This document shows, one piece after another, positions 36,819 to 53,026 of a DNA stretch of 64,000 bases (position 1 is the first letter of the stretch; every line of letters starts with the position of its first letter). The position numbers and the translations under genes were made by a program. Source of the stretch: Phoronis australis (taxonomy: Eukaryota > Animalia > Phoronida). Location of the stretch: assembly GCA_002633005.1 (NCBI GenBank), contig NMRA01000122.1:338171-402170 (forward strand). Direction: 5' to 3'. A model generated the notes under the pieces. That model was not told the origin of the DNA. It worked only from the letters and a program-made list of their open reading frames with translations, and did not search any database.

Positions 36819-39800
36819 CTACAATGGAAGAATAGTCAGACATGTGAGTATACTTCTAAGATCCTACGTTGGAGGTTCTATTAACATGGTATATTAGTCA
36901 ACATAACTGAAAATAAACCTGTCTTTGTCATTAAAATTTAAAACATGCACATATTCTTTTTCATGCACAAGGTATCCGTTATGCTTCTCTGTAGTCCAGT
37001 TTTATTGAGCTACCAACCCACATCTTTACGTTGCACCGTTTTGTCTAAATATGATACAATTTGCTTTTCAGTAAGTGTTGAACTAAATGTTATTTTAAGA
37101 ATGTTTAAAGCCTCACTCCATTAACTTTTGAATAAAACCTGTTGAAGACAGAAGAGATCTCAGCTTGTACAGAAATTAGAAGTCATTGATTCCTTATAGA
37201 AATTAGAAGTGACAAATGAGTCAATGACTAACACTGAACTAAATCAATTGGAATTTGCCAGAGTGTCATTTTATTTGCAACATTAGCAAGATGGCTGTCA
37301 GCCAAAAGAGAAGACAGGTTCCGTGACAGAACACTAGAGGGCAATATATGTTGTATTTCAGCAGTTCTAGTAAGAACTGAATTGGAGTATACACCATATT
37401 TATATTCTTTGGAAACTGACACTGATACAAAAATAGATTCCTGTAATTTGACACCATACTTAAGGATACTCTTTCCCACCTTTTCAGCTAAAAATTTCAT
37501 ACACACAATTTGAAGGCAAACCAACCTCATTGAAACTTTTAACCAAATTATGCTCTTTTCAACACACAATAAAATGTTGTCAAAATAACTTAAACACAGA
37601 ATGTTCAAAATATCTTTTGAATTTCTGGTGGCAGATCTAAGATGTCATAAGAGAGGTCCGACTACAATGTTCGAAGGAATATTATAGCCCTTAAATGTAG
37701 CCCTTAAAAACAGCAAATCGACAATGTTTTCATAGTGTTCATAGGGGGATCCCCCCTTGAATTCACCTGTTCACACCAACAAAATGGGTGGCATAACAAA
37801 CTTCACTTTCACAAATTGTCATTAAAAAGAACAAAAAACACAAATACATGGAGAGCATTAATGTACAAAAAGTTTCAGGTTAACGAGATTTATGAAGCTC
37901 TTTCTGGGTTCTAAACTTGTGAATATACAAAGAATCAGTGTCTTTAAGACATCAAAACTCATAACTAGAACCCAAAATAAATCATATTTATCAGAGCTCT
38001 TGATTGAGCCCAATCATCTAGGTAATGAAGATTTTTTTATTTGCTGAAAGCTATCAGTTATTGATCAGTTGTAGTCCAAATGGTGAGTACCTGGAAATAA
38101 GGTAGAGCAGAGATTTAAGGATTCCAGCTTATCACTAGACAGAGACAATCACAGGATTATACAGATTTTATGGGGTGCAAGAAGAGTGCATGCCAGCTTC
38201 AACAGTATTTGCTTGGCTGGGATTAAAAATGCATATCAACAATGTTTTTCCCAAATGGGTAATTCTGCACCATAGCCTGGGGCCAGAGCGACCACAACTC
38301 AACACAAACTGCAAGGGTCCTCTTTAAAAGTACTCGATGTGGGCAGAGTTGAATAAAAAAATAAATGAGCCGTAAAACTTGACTGTCCGGTGAACCGAAG
38401 AAATTTTGAGACATGGAGAGCTACATCCAATTAACACAAACTTATGGTGAGCCAGAAATGCGTTCCAAAACACCTGTTTTGAACATAGTCAAGAAAAAAT
38501 ATAGTCAAAATGGACGAAAATAAACACCAAATGGGACACCAGTGCAGTTGCATACTACCCTGTTCATCTGGGATAATGCCCAGAGGGCACTTAAAGTGGG
38601 GAACTAAAAAATCAAGGCGTTAGGCCAAGCTTGGGCGCTTACAAACGGAATTTTTAAAAGTCGAGGAGGAGTGGGTGTTTACCTGAACGGACAATTTGGA
38701 CAAACACATCGACTCAAGACCATGTTCCCGCCCAAATAAGGGAAGAGTGCTGAAATTTTGACTGTTCGTTACTCAAATGTAAACAATTCGTTATGTTTTG
38801 GGAGCTCAAACCTGAAAAAATGTCAGTAGTGATGACAGAAAACTAGAACAAAGTAAATGAAATAAGTGAGGAAATGCAAAAGGAAATGTAGACAACGGAA
38901 AGGGAAACATAAACTTTGATGGAAAAGTGGACAAGAACTGCAGATGAAACTGATGGGCAGATAAAAGGGCAAGTCATTGCTTATCCAGTCTTTACCGTGG
39001 TTCTAGCTTTATTTAGTTGTAACACTTTTTGCATTATAAAGAGTTTGATTACAGTCAAATTTAGGATCAACTTAAGTTGACATTTTTCTATTTTTCAACA
39101 GCTTGTGCAAATACTCAAAATTTACAAAAGGCTGCTAAAGACAGTGGAGTGCATCATACAAAGCACTCTTACAACAAGGTAAGAACTTCATTAGAAGTGT
39201 ACTGTTGTTGAGAAAATTGACAAAATGTGAAATTCAAGTGTATCCCACGTTGCAAGCCATACCAAACAATTTTTACTGCAGTGTGCATTTTGTCCACAAA
39301 AGCGGCAAAAATTTTCGCCCAGGACTACATTGATGTAGTGTCCATAAATTGTGGTTTATTTGAACCAGTAACTAGACACCGGATTTCACATATTACCACC
39401 TTTCCAATTAACTTTGTAATCGGGAAATCCTCAACCTGTGATCAGCTCAGTTTTTACAGGGTAATAGAGAGCAAGCAGTTCAAGAGTTCAGAGCCTATAA
39501 TTTTAAGAGTCTGTCCTGTTATTAAGTGGTGAAATAATTAGATGAACTTTAAGGCGAATGGAACTAGACAGGTCACACCGTGGGGCGAGGACAAGTGAAC
39601 CAGACAGGGCAATAGTGGGAGAGCTTTTTTATCAATAGGTTTATTAGTGAAGTAGCAGACATCGACTGCAGCGTGGCTCCCTTTAAGTACTCTAGGTTTA
39701 TTTGGCTTCATTATGTGGACGTGCAGACATGTACCCAAGTGGACAAACCAAGGTTATGTCAACACTGTGGGACGCTTTGACCTGCAAAAATGTGGCTAAA

Positions 39801-42755
39801 CCTTGTCCTCTTATCACAAGAGTGGCTTGTGATACATGTTTTGCAGATAGTAATAGTATATTAGCTTGTGGTGAGTATAGACATGAAATGTAGTATGCAT
39901 AGAAGAAAATGTCTGGATTTAGCCATTGTTAATAAACTCCCTGCATCCGTTCACAAATTTGGCAGCGCCTGAAAGTGCTGGCTGGCTTAAGACGATGCAC
40001 TCATAATAAAATTTCAGGTTGGAGTCCGATGCCAAATTTGGAGGAGATTAAGCTGTCGCCTATCCGCAATCACATTCCTTCTGCAACGCAAAGAGCTTGT
40101 TGATTTCTATTCAAGATGTCATTTTTGTAGCCACTATCACCACAACAATATAATCAAGTTTCATTGGGAGATCAAGATACCAACTATGAACGACCTCTAG
40201 TGGACACATGTTCTGCACCAACATATGCAGTTAGATATCAAGATCAACACTTGCTGAATACAAATTCAAAGGCAATTGTGAAAAAGATAAACACACAATG
40301 AAAATTGTCTTTAAACAAAATTATATAACCAATTTGAAATGCAGCTTATGCAGAACTGAAAAAAATCATTTGATCTGCTTAAGTGTGCTTAAAACAGCAT
40401 TGTGTTTTTGCACATGGATATAATTTAATTATAAGGATTTTAATACATGTAAATCAAAACTTCTTTTGTTTGGGACACAATAAAACAGTGAAGAGAAATT
40501 TATTTGCTGAAAATTCCCAATACTGAAAAATAACTTCAGGAAATTTTACTTCGCCTTTAGCGGGTACATATAGCTGTCAACAAACAACTTTTGATAAAAT
40601 CTTGAGCATTTGCAGTGTTGTAGTAAGCTTCCAAAAACTAGAAAAATGACAATTATTTTTGTTCCAAATTGAAGAATGGTCACCTTATGTATACGCATGT
40701 GTACAAGCACATGTAAGTTTAACAATAGATAAACAACAAAACTAAACTGGGTTAGCTTCACAGTCCTAAACTATACAAATATTTTGTACACTTCTACAAA
40801 CAGTCAACTCCTTCCATAGTTTTAACCCCCATAGCTTGCCTGTTGGAGACAGACATGCAATCATAAATACTTCAAATAGTCAAAAGATTTGGCCTGTGAT
40901 GACAATCCAATGTGTTACACCTGCCAAGCACCAGTTATCTGATCCGAAGGCCCTGGCTGGAAAGAGCATCGCAACGCAACAAAAACATGTCCAGTAATCA
41001 TTCACTGGACGGGAGCTGGTGATTAAGCCAATGGGGGGCGCATGTCAACAGGTATGATATCAATGCAGGGAATGTACTCAATGTAACGCGCAGCTAGTGA
41101 CCTGTGACAACCATGTCGCAGCCTCTCCGCAGCCTCTCCGCAATCTCAGATTCCAAACACGTGATTGGTCTCGACAGAAGAATGTCAAGCAAAGTGCATT
41201 TGTATTTCAAAAAAGATGCTGAATTTTCATTACACTCTCCGTAACCGTTGACAGAAGCCATATACTATAATCACAACAGCCAATGTGGTTTGCAAAAATC
41301 AACAACTGCAATTCCCACATCCTGAATTCAACTCTCCTCTTTGGTGAAGGTAGAAAAACATTGTATGACCTAGATTTCGGAAACCAACTTCAGTGTCGAG
41401 TTGGACTAGTGAAGAAGTATGCACAGCACCTCAATCAGTTTTTTTAAATTTTTTGTCTGCTTTGCAATTCAATGAGGAACAATAAAACTTCAAGAACATC
41501 AGAATGACAAATGTCAAACTAAACTTAGTGCAACATAGTTACAGCAGGGGAGCGGTGTACAACTGCCGGCCGAGAGATGTTCAGTCCTTGTAGGCAAAAA
41601 GTGAAGAAAGGCACTCCGCTACTCTCGCGAGTGGTTAACCACGCTGGAAGATGATTCTCATTCAGGGAATACTGGCATTCGTCTCTAAAGTCATTGGTGG
41701 ATCAATGTTGTTGTGGTCACAACATGGTCACATATCAAGACAAGCTAAATGGTATTCATGATATTCATGGTATTCATAACAGCCACTAGGTGACCATTTG
41801 CAATGTCACAAATTTTTTAAGCCTAATCTCACCATAGACCACGCAGTGTCTGCAAGAAAAAAACGACCAGCACTACAATCCACCGATTTTCCCAAAAATG
41901 TTTTTGCAACTGATCAGCCGAAAGGTTACCATCTGTCCAGCCAAGTTGAGCCAGACATGACATCATGGCTTGGCTATTCTCACACATCACACATAGTATC
42001 AGGTCAGGATCAGTCTGCATCAGATACCCAAATGCCAGCCAAGCTTGCAGAGCTTGCTCACTCTGAAAATATGTGACCCTCTGTCTAAAAATAGGCTGTT
42101 TTGGACAATACTGTTGCATCTCTGAGACATTAAATGGCACTTTGTAACCATTTGTCAACACAACTGGTAAACTGCAGATTTGCAATCACACCAACAAATT
42201 ACAAAGTATGGTAATTATCCACTTATTTTCGCACAAAAACAAATGCGAAGTTGTAGTTTTCCATTCTTTAAATGTTGATCTTGTGGCAAATACTGAGAGC
42301 TTCACCAAACACTGTTTTATGACCTCTACACTGAGTGCAAACCAAGGTAACAGTTGACTAAAATTTTCTTAATCCATGTTTTCGTAGAAAAATTTTACAA
42401 AATAAAATTTCACTTGTCCACCACGGCTAAACAGGTAAAGAAATACCATATTTCTCATCTAAACAGGACATCAAATATTTCTACTAGTTTTCCAATGATA
42501 GGATCCCTCAAAGTATGTGTATACACAAAACAACATTTGCTAAGTCATGTTACAACAATCCACATACAGAAATGATCACAATCAGCATAACTCTCCAACC
42601 CACCTCCCACTGACCCCTCTCCCCTCCCGGATTATCACCAAATTCTTCCTGGTTCCGTGTCCATTCTGTACTTTTTCAGTAGCTTTTACTGTTTTTTTTT
42701 CTGATGAAGACGTATTCATTCCAAACTGTTGGAACAGTCAATAAAATTGTGAGGA

Positions 42756-42870
42756 AAAGTATGCACTACACTGACGAGGACCATGCGAGGACCATGCACT
42801 GCGCTTATATATTAAAAAGTATGCACTACACTTGCGAGGACCATGCACTGCGCTTATATATTAAAAAGTA
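42756..42870. repeat. Tandem duplication, unit about 50-60 bp
   Basis: AAAAGTATGCACTACACT..CGAGGACCATGCACTGCGCTTATATATTA twice; the first copy has an internal CGAGGACCATG duplication. Confidence 0.88.
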
Positions 42871-43706
42871 GGACACAATTTCATTTGTAAAGTTTAAACA
42901 TTTTACTAGGATTAAGTATTAATAAACAAGCTCAAAATATAATCATAGTGACATCTACTTAAAGGTAAAAGGGCAATAAATGTGTCATTCAGAAATAGCA
43001 TCAATGCACAATGAAATAATCATCGTTTTGTCATCTTTAATTACCTTCCTTCAGTGGCTCTATTAATAAACCAGCACAATTATTGTGGTCTCCATCTGAC
43101 ACCCCACACCCCAGAACCACAAGACCACAGCTACCCCCTTTCCACCTCTCTATGCAGGCTGGCCCCTGGATTTGGTGGTTAGGGATGACTCATGCCCAGC
43201 AACCACAGCAAATGTAACCGCCCAGCTTGGGTTTCCCTGAATCCAAACACTGGCTTCTCCCTGTTTGTCCAGTTGGTTTCCCAAATGGAACCCGAGCTGG
43301 TAGTGCCAAAATTTGCTGACTGGCCACCCATGCTAGGAACATCCAGAAGATATGGTAGTGATAATGCTGTTTATTTTTCCTCTCTCTCACCCTTGCCACT
43401 CAGGAGGATCCATCTGCACTGGATGAACAGTTCCCAGCAGAGTAAACTGTTGAGCTCACACTCTCAGTGCTTTGCCTTGTATTTCCTAATCTACTATATT
43501 ACATGTTTGCAAAGAAATGAAAAGAAAAACAAAACTATTTCTTTGCATGACATTTATTGAATTCCTGAATAGTGCGGCTGCAGTCACGGACTCGCCCAAA
43601 AAAGGAAAACAAAAGAAAACCTTCTGCAATACTCTTTTCTAAAATCCCTGTTAACAACAGAAGTGGCGACAAAACCATCCCTAGTGCTTTGAAATTTATA
43701 TCCATT

Positions 43707-43781
43707 TAATAATAATAATAATAACAATAATAATAATAACAACAATAACACCAATAACAATAACAATAATAATAATAATAA
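43707..43781. repeat. (AAT/AAC)n microsatellite
   Basis: Directly visible; source of the poly-Leu ORF. Confidence 0.92.
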
Positions 43782-46516
43782 GAATTGATAACACATGTAA
43801 ACAAGTGAAGTTCACTGATCAGCCACAATGTCCTAAATCAAACCGTCATACCAGTCCACATTAGAATTTATAAATTTACAGTATCTAGTTAATCTGCAAT
43901 AATCTCCTTAACAAATGTAAGAGTCAATTCCTCCCCCCCCCCAAAAAAAAAACAATTGGTTCCACTTGAAGCCATGTGTGAATGAATGAGGTCATGAACG
44001 CTAAATGTTGTCATGTTAAAAAAATGGTCCAAAAAGTTGTGGTGTCCAGCTAATTACCATATGTATCAAGTCATTCATGATCTAACTATTCAAGAGGAGA
44101 TCTACTTCTATCTCTGTCAGCTGTCAATGGCCAGATAGTCTCCATTTATTCTCAAAACAATAAAAAGCTCCAACGTTTATCATAATATTTAGGCATGGTG
44201 CATCGAATTATCCCTGCCTGTCAATAGTGCATCTCGCGTCAATTGGGAGGCCACAGTGAAAACCCATGACTATCAAAACATGTTCTCTTGTGCATGGGAA
44301 TGAGTAATCCCAACAGATTGTCAGACACTCACTATCACATGGCTAATTTAAAGCTAGAGGTGGACATCTATTACCACAGAGTAGCCATTGGAACCAATTA
44401 GGTTTTGTGCATCATGAAAAAAACTTGTCTCTAAACAATGCAATCTGCCAAGACCAGCAGGGGTGTACACTGACGCACCTAATATTAATTTGTTTTAATA
44501 TTACGATGCATCTAGCGTCAGCTGTCTTGTCACCCTAATTATTAATCAGCACATGAATGAGTTTTGAATGCCTGCAAGTTACTAATAATTAAATAAATAA
44601 TAAGATATTGATGCCAAATAACCAATATGTTTTAAATATTCAGTAATTAAGCCTACATAGCCAGAAAAGCATCAATGGGCATGAAATTTATCTTGTTAAA
44701 AAATATAACATTTGTATATAAAGTAAAATGAATGAGTGCATCCCCTTACCCCTTACAAAGAACAGATGATTTTGCTTTTTAAGCATAGTCACGGAAACAA
44801 TATATTGTATATCATGTTTGGCGATAACTTGGGATATCCAGTTAGCTTCAGCAGAATTTCAGTAAATTGCTTGTTAAAACAAATATTCAACACAGTTCTT
44901 TCACCACATCTTCACCAATGGCTTTTGCATTAACTGCTCAGAAAACAAAAGATTTCAAACGTAACCAAGCCTAAGATATCTTCGACCAAGCATACAAGTT
45001 GGTGTCAGCTCAGTTGAAGTGCTTCTTTTCACCACTAGATGCCACTAGTTGTACCTCAGCTCATGGCAGGCACGTTAGCTTGACTTGCAAGTGGTCTGAA
45101 ATTTTAGACACTTCACAGAATCTCACAGCACTCAACAAGTTCATTCCATAACATCGCGTTGACATTAAGCACTACAAAGCAAATAAACTTACAAGATTTA
45201 TCATGCAAATAATTTTTTAGTCCTTGTTGCTAAAAGCACTGCAACAAAAAACAACAAATAAACAAAAAACAACAAATGAAAACATTTTCGGTCAGTTTGA
45301 AATATTCTGACGACTCTGAACTGTATTTTGAAACATTTTTGCGGATTTTTATAAAAAAGACATTAGCAACCCTAAAAACTGCAACTATGGCATTGTGAGC
45401 AAGTGATAGAGTAAACGTAGTGAATTTGATGGGCTGAATCGCTGTTGTATTTATTCATTACCCATTTCCAGCATAATTGCATAGTCTAAGGCATATTGTT
45501 CAAGTAATGAAACTGGGACCAAAAATCTGCAGGTATCTTGAAAATTTACAAATCAGAACTTAAAAGTGAGGGAACACTTATCGGATTGCTCAGAAAGGTT
45601 GACATTTTCAGAACTCCCTCAATCCATCAATAGTGCTGTTATTTTTATTGATTTCACTTTTTAAGGAATTGACTGAAACTGTTCAAAATACCTCATTACA
45701 GAAAGTAAAATATGCAAAATTGACCAAAAAAACTTCTTCTTAAATAACTGAAGAAACAGACTCTTTTACCAGTGTCTGTGATAAATATTTATAATGTAAA
45801 CCAAAACTACAAAATGAAAAACAACAAAAGGCAAAAGTAGACATGCTCAAATAGGCAATAGGTTAGTTCAGAGAATCGCTGTTGAAAAGATAAAACTTAT
45901 GGCAACCTTGAAAAGATTTATCAATCCAAATACTCATTAAGGAAACAAGAAAATACAATCATATTCTGACATACATTTTACTATTTTATCTATTAAAAGA
46001 CAGCTTAAAAAAACTCTCAAGACATGATTGACCGACCAATGAAGAAATGGACATAAATGGTGGCACTAGCAGAAGTTTGCATCACACTTAACAGCACCAT
46101 CACAAGAACTGTTGGCAAATGGAAAATGACAATTATCCCAGTGTGCCGTATAAATAAGTGCAAAGCACTGAAGGGTCATCAGAGACCATCCTGGTATTGA
46201 CTGAAAACCACCACTTCCATCTACTGGGTCCCATGGCAATGAAAATTGCTCAGAACAAAATCTAATTTCTAGAAAAGATTCGCCGTGATGCATTTCAATC
46301 AAGATACGAGGTCATGGTGGGATCTTGACTTTTAACTTATTTTCGCATGATTTCATACTTGCAGCATTCGGAGATAAAACCTTCCTCGAGTCCACTTCAG
46401 AAGAGATAATTTTGTTGCAGACAGTAACAAAAACATTACTCTAAGTTTCAAAGATTCAAGAGAAAAATTATGAAAACAAATAGAAATTTCGTTGACTGGT
46501 CTATCCAAGTTTTACA

Positions 46517-47130
46517 AGCAGCGCTTGATTTGGCGACCTGCAAGTCACCGATGCGACCTCAGATTGTGTTTGGTGACCAAGAAAAAATTTCAAGTTGCCA
46601 CGAAGTCGCCACTGCGAGTACCAGTCAGACAATAATTCCCCCAAAATTAATTTCAAAGTTTGTGTTGACTTACAAACTTTAAATTACTAATGGTCTTCCT
46701 AGATTTATTACCTTCCGTTCACAATTTTTCCGTTTATTTCGTGAAATCAGTGCCTTTGCCACCACAGCAGTCAGCACATATCAAACACACCTTCAAATTA
46801 CAACAGGAAGTAAACAAACGGAATTGTTTGCCAAAAATCCGGCAAGATCGGTGAACCACGCACCACCAGTGTCATCTGCGTTCTACGTTTGTTCGTCAGT
46901 CGGAGGACTTTTGGGAATGACAAATAAAATGTGCATTTAGGTGGAGACATCGAAGAGGTATGCATAAGGTTCTGCGAACGGAATGACAGTACATCCTTTT
47001 TTTGCTTGACAACTTTAATGCCGAGATTGACAAACCCAGATTTCATTTAGTGATCTTAATTTTCACTTTTTTCACTTTTTGGAGACCTCAAATTTCGTTT
47101 GGTGACCTCAGATTTTTGGCAAGAAGTCCA
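46517..47130. mobile_element. Degenerate hAT-like non-autonomous element
   Basis: CAGCGCTTGATTT start and clusters of G(G/C)(C/T)GACC repeats at about 46530-46580 and 47080-47110 sharing GACCTCAGATT / TTTGGTGACC. The right terminus is unclear. Confidence 0.35.
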
Positions 47131-50100
47131 TCCATCAGAAATATGTGTATAGACATGTCTCAGGCCACATTAACCTACCAGGTGTGCATTCGGAGATGCA
47201 ACAACCCTGCAAAAACACAAGCACGAGACATTGCCATGGCAGTATTATAAGCGAAGCACGATTCTTGCATCTACAGAACTCAGCCCAGTATTGGCTAGGT
47301 AGGTCAGGGGTCAATATGACCTGGAGTTTGGTAAATTACACACTAATTTCGACCAGGTACATAGAGAGAAAAAAATGGCCAACATCACCGCAGCTGCGTT
47401 TAATCTCCGCCCAGACAAAGTTGATCAATGAACTGAGGGGGTTCCCCTTTAGAAGAGGTACATAGGAGATGTCAGGTGACTTCTCCACGGCCAGTTTCAA
47501 TCTCAAATAGTGACTTTTTTAAGACCCCCACACCATAGTCTGACGAAATTTGATGAATCCTTGTGTTTCAAAAGTGATTTAAATGGCCACATAAAGTTGT
47601 AATTGTGTCAAGACAAATAATGTTGCTTAGCATTGTATTGTATTTATTGTATTGTATTGCATGGTACTGTACTGCATAGTTTTGTGGTGAACTGGGGCAC
47701 ATTCCAACATTTTAACAGGAAGGTGCATGTCTGCATAGATCCTTTTCAGTTGTTCAGATGTTGCCTGTCATTCATTATCAGGGCTTTCCAGGAACCTATC
47801 AAAACGTTTGATAATGTTACTTGGACAAGATCAAATCTTTAACTACTTCCTTTACATACAAATTTTATTCAAAGCTTTGCATCAGCTTATTTCCCAGATC
47901 AATAGCACTGTTCCTGGCCAGCTGACCACAATGTTTGCTGGACAACTGGACACATACTGTTGTGCATGGCAAAGCAAAGTTTACTAACCATTAAAGGGTT
48001 CATGAATATCCTCTTTCCAGTTTGTACACACACTAATCCATTGCAAATAAACCAAGGCACAAACAAGTGTAAAACAGGATGTGAGAGAAGCAGACATCTA
48101 TAGTCCATAAGAGCTCTCTCGTAATTGTTATCAGAGTAATATCCCTCTGTTTTGTTTATGTTCAATATTCTCTGAGACATCTAGTGTTTACACACCTATT
48201 GACCTGACAATTGTCTGTTGAATTAACCCAGCATATCTAAGCATTTCCCCTCAGGTCGGTCTGAGCATATAGACTGCTCTGAGTTTCAAAAGTACATTGT
48301 TGTAGGCTGTTATATTGTCCTCAAGTGCATATTCAGAGTAATTCAGTTCAAAATGTTCCTTGCACCTTGCAGCAGGATCAGACTGTACAATTGGTAATGC
48401 AATGGTCAGGGATAAAAAATCTACCATTCACAATTTATATGGTTAAAAAAGAAGTGTTGAACAGTAAAAAATAAATTACATTGTACCTCCAAGTCAGTTA
48501 TCACTTCAACATCAAGGCCATGTTAAAAATTAATGGACGTGTACATCGCCGGGGCAATGGGCTGCCTCAGGTTTTGATGTTTCCTACAAAACTCTTGACG
48601 TATTTTGAATTTGAAATGTTTCACTTTTTGAAATAAAGAACATGGCTGGTTTTGCAGAGCACTGATAGAACACTTTGGTTTGCACAAGACAAGATGGGAC
48701 CAGCCTGTAATTATATCAGACTCAGTTTCCTGTCTAAGTACGCATCCATAGTCATGTGAATAACAGTGTAACCACAGTTGTGTATTACTGCGTGTAACAT
48801 AAAATCTCTACTGCAAAAACGGATAAAAAATAACCCACACTGCAAGGAAGACATCAAACGAAAACACTAGTTTATCTCAAGTGCTCAGTCACACAAAACA
48901 GTTACACACTGTAGCAAGCCAGTTCCCATGGAACTAACTGAACAATATGCAACTGGGCAGGACAGTCTGTTAGAAATGTGACAATACAGAATCCCAGCTG
49001 AAAACATCAAGATCATATCATCATGTCAAATTGTGAAATTAAATACTCATTTCAAACCACCGGGAGTGTCGATTGACACCAGCTTTACTACACAACACAG
49101 ACAGTCTATATCCTGGGAAAAACGTTAAAACCACAAACATAACTACAGCGGAAATGAAACCGATTGTAAAACACAATGTGAAAATGATCATAGATGATTA
49201 TGTGAATCCACTCCCCAGATTGATATATAACTGACAGCTTGACTGACAGTTGTCAAAAAGAGTTTGACCCAGGCAGTGTAAAGTGCCCTTGGTGACCCTA
49301 TTTTTCTTGAGTGTTGCCCATGACCCATATCATGCTATGAGTTGTCCCAGATACAGGGTGGGAGGGAGTGGGTAGGCCAACCCACTACACTCAGTGCATA
49401 ACCGATGGTTCATTGACTTCAAGCTAAGAACTAGTATACCATTACCATACAACTAGAAACGCAAACAACTATGAAAACATTTTAAACATGTTGAATTAGT
49501 AAACACCAAATTAGTAATAATAACGTGAAGCACTTGGATGAACTGGGAGAGATTACATTTCTGTTTGTCAATATAATCAACAAGTTGTTCTGTGAAGGTC
49601 AGATTAGAATAAAAACACTAAGTCACTGTCACGGATAAGGGACTAAAGCGCATTTCCAAGAAACCCTTCAATTCTTTACTGCATAAACTAATTTTGCTGA
49701 GAATTAAGTCCTTGGATGTCAATAATCAGATGTCTCAGTTATTATTACTGCTGATTGGTATTTCTGCACAGCATATGAGTCTCCCTTCTACAGTCAAACC
49801 ACTGTTATTGAGTTGTTTTATTGTGTCATGTATTGGTGAATGTTTGAACAAATCATTTAATTCAAGCACCATTATCAGAATTATATTTAGTATTTAAAAA
49901 ACCAATAATCTACCACACTACCTNCCTTACAACAAAACTTCAGCATTGTCAGACACTAGCTACAACACCTACCACCCACAGGGTATTCCTCCAAGATGTG
50001 AACACATTCGCTTAATTAGCCAGCTATTCTTAAAGAACTATCCATTTGTTTATTGTTGGCATGCCTCTTGATTAGTCATTATGAAAGGCCCCAGTGTGTC

Positions 50101-53026
50101 CGCTTGGCTGGACTGAGTGTGTTGCCTGTGTGTGTTTAGTCAACACTTGGCAGTAACAGTGTCTACTTTGCCCTTCTACATGTGTGTACCTGGTCCTACA
50201 TGGTGACTCAGGCTAAACAATAATAACAATAGTCCCCATGTAAAACAGCCAAGCAGAGTGGGCTGGTAATAAGAACCCGAATAGCATAAGCCAGCAAAGT
50301 GTGCTGTATTGTAAACCTGTGTACAAGCCAATGTACGGGGTGTTTTCTCAACAAATTTTGGGACCTATGTCAAAAGGGGGGAATGTAGTGGCATGCATGA
50401 TATGCGCGCAATGTGTGCGCCAGGGATGAAGGTAAGCAGGTTGGGGTGGGCGTAGAAAGTATAATAATTACTGTTGTGTATAAAATGACTCACACCATCA
50501 ATATTATCACTATCATTAATGTAAAATATTTAGAAGGTAAGATCACTCAAATTCTGGTCACAATTCAAGAGAGGATTGCAAATGGAGTTGTAGTAATCTC
50601 AAAAAGCTAGCTTCATTTGTTTTTTACCGACATTGACTCCCTCTCAGCTGCATGTAGACGTTCAGTCATACAAAGGTAGCTGGCTACCTAACTATGTGCA
50701 GGATTTTAAACAGTCTGTAATTAACACATTTCCCTAACATCCAGATATAACGCTTCTCGGCTCTGTCTAGGCTTAACTTCAATTATTGTGCACTATTTTT
50801 TCTGTAATAAACACTCATAAATGACACGTATCCTCAAAATTTGGAAAACTCTGTTCAAAGACACTACAAACGAATTGCCATAACAACTAGAGTTGGAGGA
50901 GGCATGTCATAAGCAACCTTGTTGGTTGTTCAACATTCTCAAAACCACAATTTCCTTTGCTGTCTTTCCACAGTTTCAAAAATGATTAGATGCCTGTGCA
51001 CGTGCTCAATAAATCTTCAATTCACTTTGATCTCTACAAGGGATAACTTTACCAACCTTTAAAATTCTTGGGTGGCTGCATATTCTTATGTAGTTGCCAG
51101 AGTTTTCCTGTTACGCTGTCTGAGCACACCTCCCTCCGGTTTTAAAGTTAACATTTAAAATCATACACTTGACTTCAATGGGATCAAACAAAAGTTAAAA
51201 ATGTTAATTAATGGTCACTTTTCTATCTGTGTGACCACCTGGCAGAAGGCTACATGGCAACAATGCAGTCTACGGTGGAGTTTCCAAACACAATATGGCA
51301 GAATTGATACTGAAAAATAATTTAAAGACCTTGCACAGACAAACACAAGTTGTTTTCTTTATTCAAATTTTATCAAAATTTTCAACAAAAGTAAACAGGA
51401 GGAGACCCTTACTGGATCATTTCCAACGTTTACATTTTATAATTGTCATCAACAAAAACACAATAAAATTAAATCATTTCTAACAATAAACTTGATTTTT
51501 TTAAAGTTGGAAAAACAATGATTTTGGCAATAATCCGAATGAGCCACAGAAAGCAGATAATTGCAAAGGCTGACTGAGGCTACTTTTTGAAAGAAAAAGA
51601 GAAGACTAGTAGGAAGGAAATAAACTATCACTTGTTTCTTCAGTTTCACCAGCAGTGAGTAGACTTCTCAGTAGAAATTTGTACATCCCTTTGCAAGGCT
51701 AATTAGCGCTTAGCAACATGGCTCTCAGGCAACCAGGAAGCTCTACTAAATAAAATATGCATATTAAACATTTAATCAAAAGGCCCTTTCAAATACAGTT
51801 AACTGACAGCTACCAGTGAGGCTTGGATGTTAAGTGTGCTTAATAGAGAAGCTAAGCGTTAGCGTAACCATCATCTTTGGAGTTAGTCAGAAAACTGGTT
51901 CAGGTATTATTGCAAGGCGGCGCTTTGCTGTTTTTATCCTTGCCTTCAAAAATGGTAAGGAGTTGACTTCTTCTCCTCTAACTTGACAAGGCGGAGTCAA
52001 CAGATGGGATGATGATGATGGACTAGATGATGATATATTAAAAAAAATTTGACTCGGCCGATCCGAACAAAGGTTACTGCGTATGGCTTATGGTGGGAAC
52101 TCGTTTTGCGTACACTATACGTTCCGCAAATACATGGATAAACTAAAACAGAGTGCTTATACTGCCAAAATAATAAATATTAGAACAAATACATTAACAA
52201 ATATTAACCAGTCACCGCCCGCTGTTGGCAATCACAGTGACCCTTGGTGATAACTCCAATAGCATCAAAGTAAAGCGTTTCCATTGTAGTGAAGCATCAA
52301 CACTTCACTGTTAAATCCACCTCTTTACTCCGGAGTTATGTATTTCGCACTGTTAACTTCGATTCAAGGCCAAAGTTAAGTGTTCAGTCATTACCGAAGC
52401 TTCGGAAGCAGTGGGAAAGGCCTTTAAAAAATATAGTAACAGTGGTTAGCAACATGTCCACTCCATGCAACATGCAACTGAATTACAATGATGCTCCAAG
52501 TACTGTTTAAAAATATCAGAAAATGCCATTGCACAACACACCGGATTATCAGTACTAAACAGTTGTCCACACCAGAGCTAAAAATCTGAACTATCAACAT
52601 GGTGCCAGTACACAGAAACCACATCTGTTATTTGAACCTGAACCGGGTTTTGCCTGGTGACGCGCTTGTTTCCTTCAGGGCGACCCGTCTTGACGTCTTA
52701 TGACCAAATTCCATTCAAATTCCAATAGCAATTGTCGCAGACCACCAAATTTTGTTGTGTCTACAATTGATACACCTGTAATACTGCAGCTATCAGGTGA
52801 ACTTAATTACTTAGAACTTCCAGGGGGGGGGTCACACCAGAATGATTTGGGTTAGATTTTGCAAAGAGGGAACTCAAGTCGTTGATGAAGACAATTTCAA
52901 ATTGTGCAAACTGAAATGCCATTTTTATTCCACATTGTGGCATAAGCCAGCGACATGCCATCTACATCATATTTTAATTGAGCTAGAGTTCAGCAAGCCT
53001 AGATGAACACATATGAGAACAGGCCA

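Noticed and set aside
43584-43796. Poly-Leu signal-peptide-like ORF, and the poly-Asp/Asn ORF at 3085-3351
   Set aside because: Both are translations of trinucleotide microsatellites.
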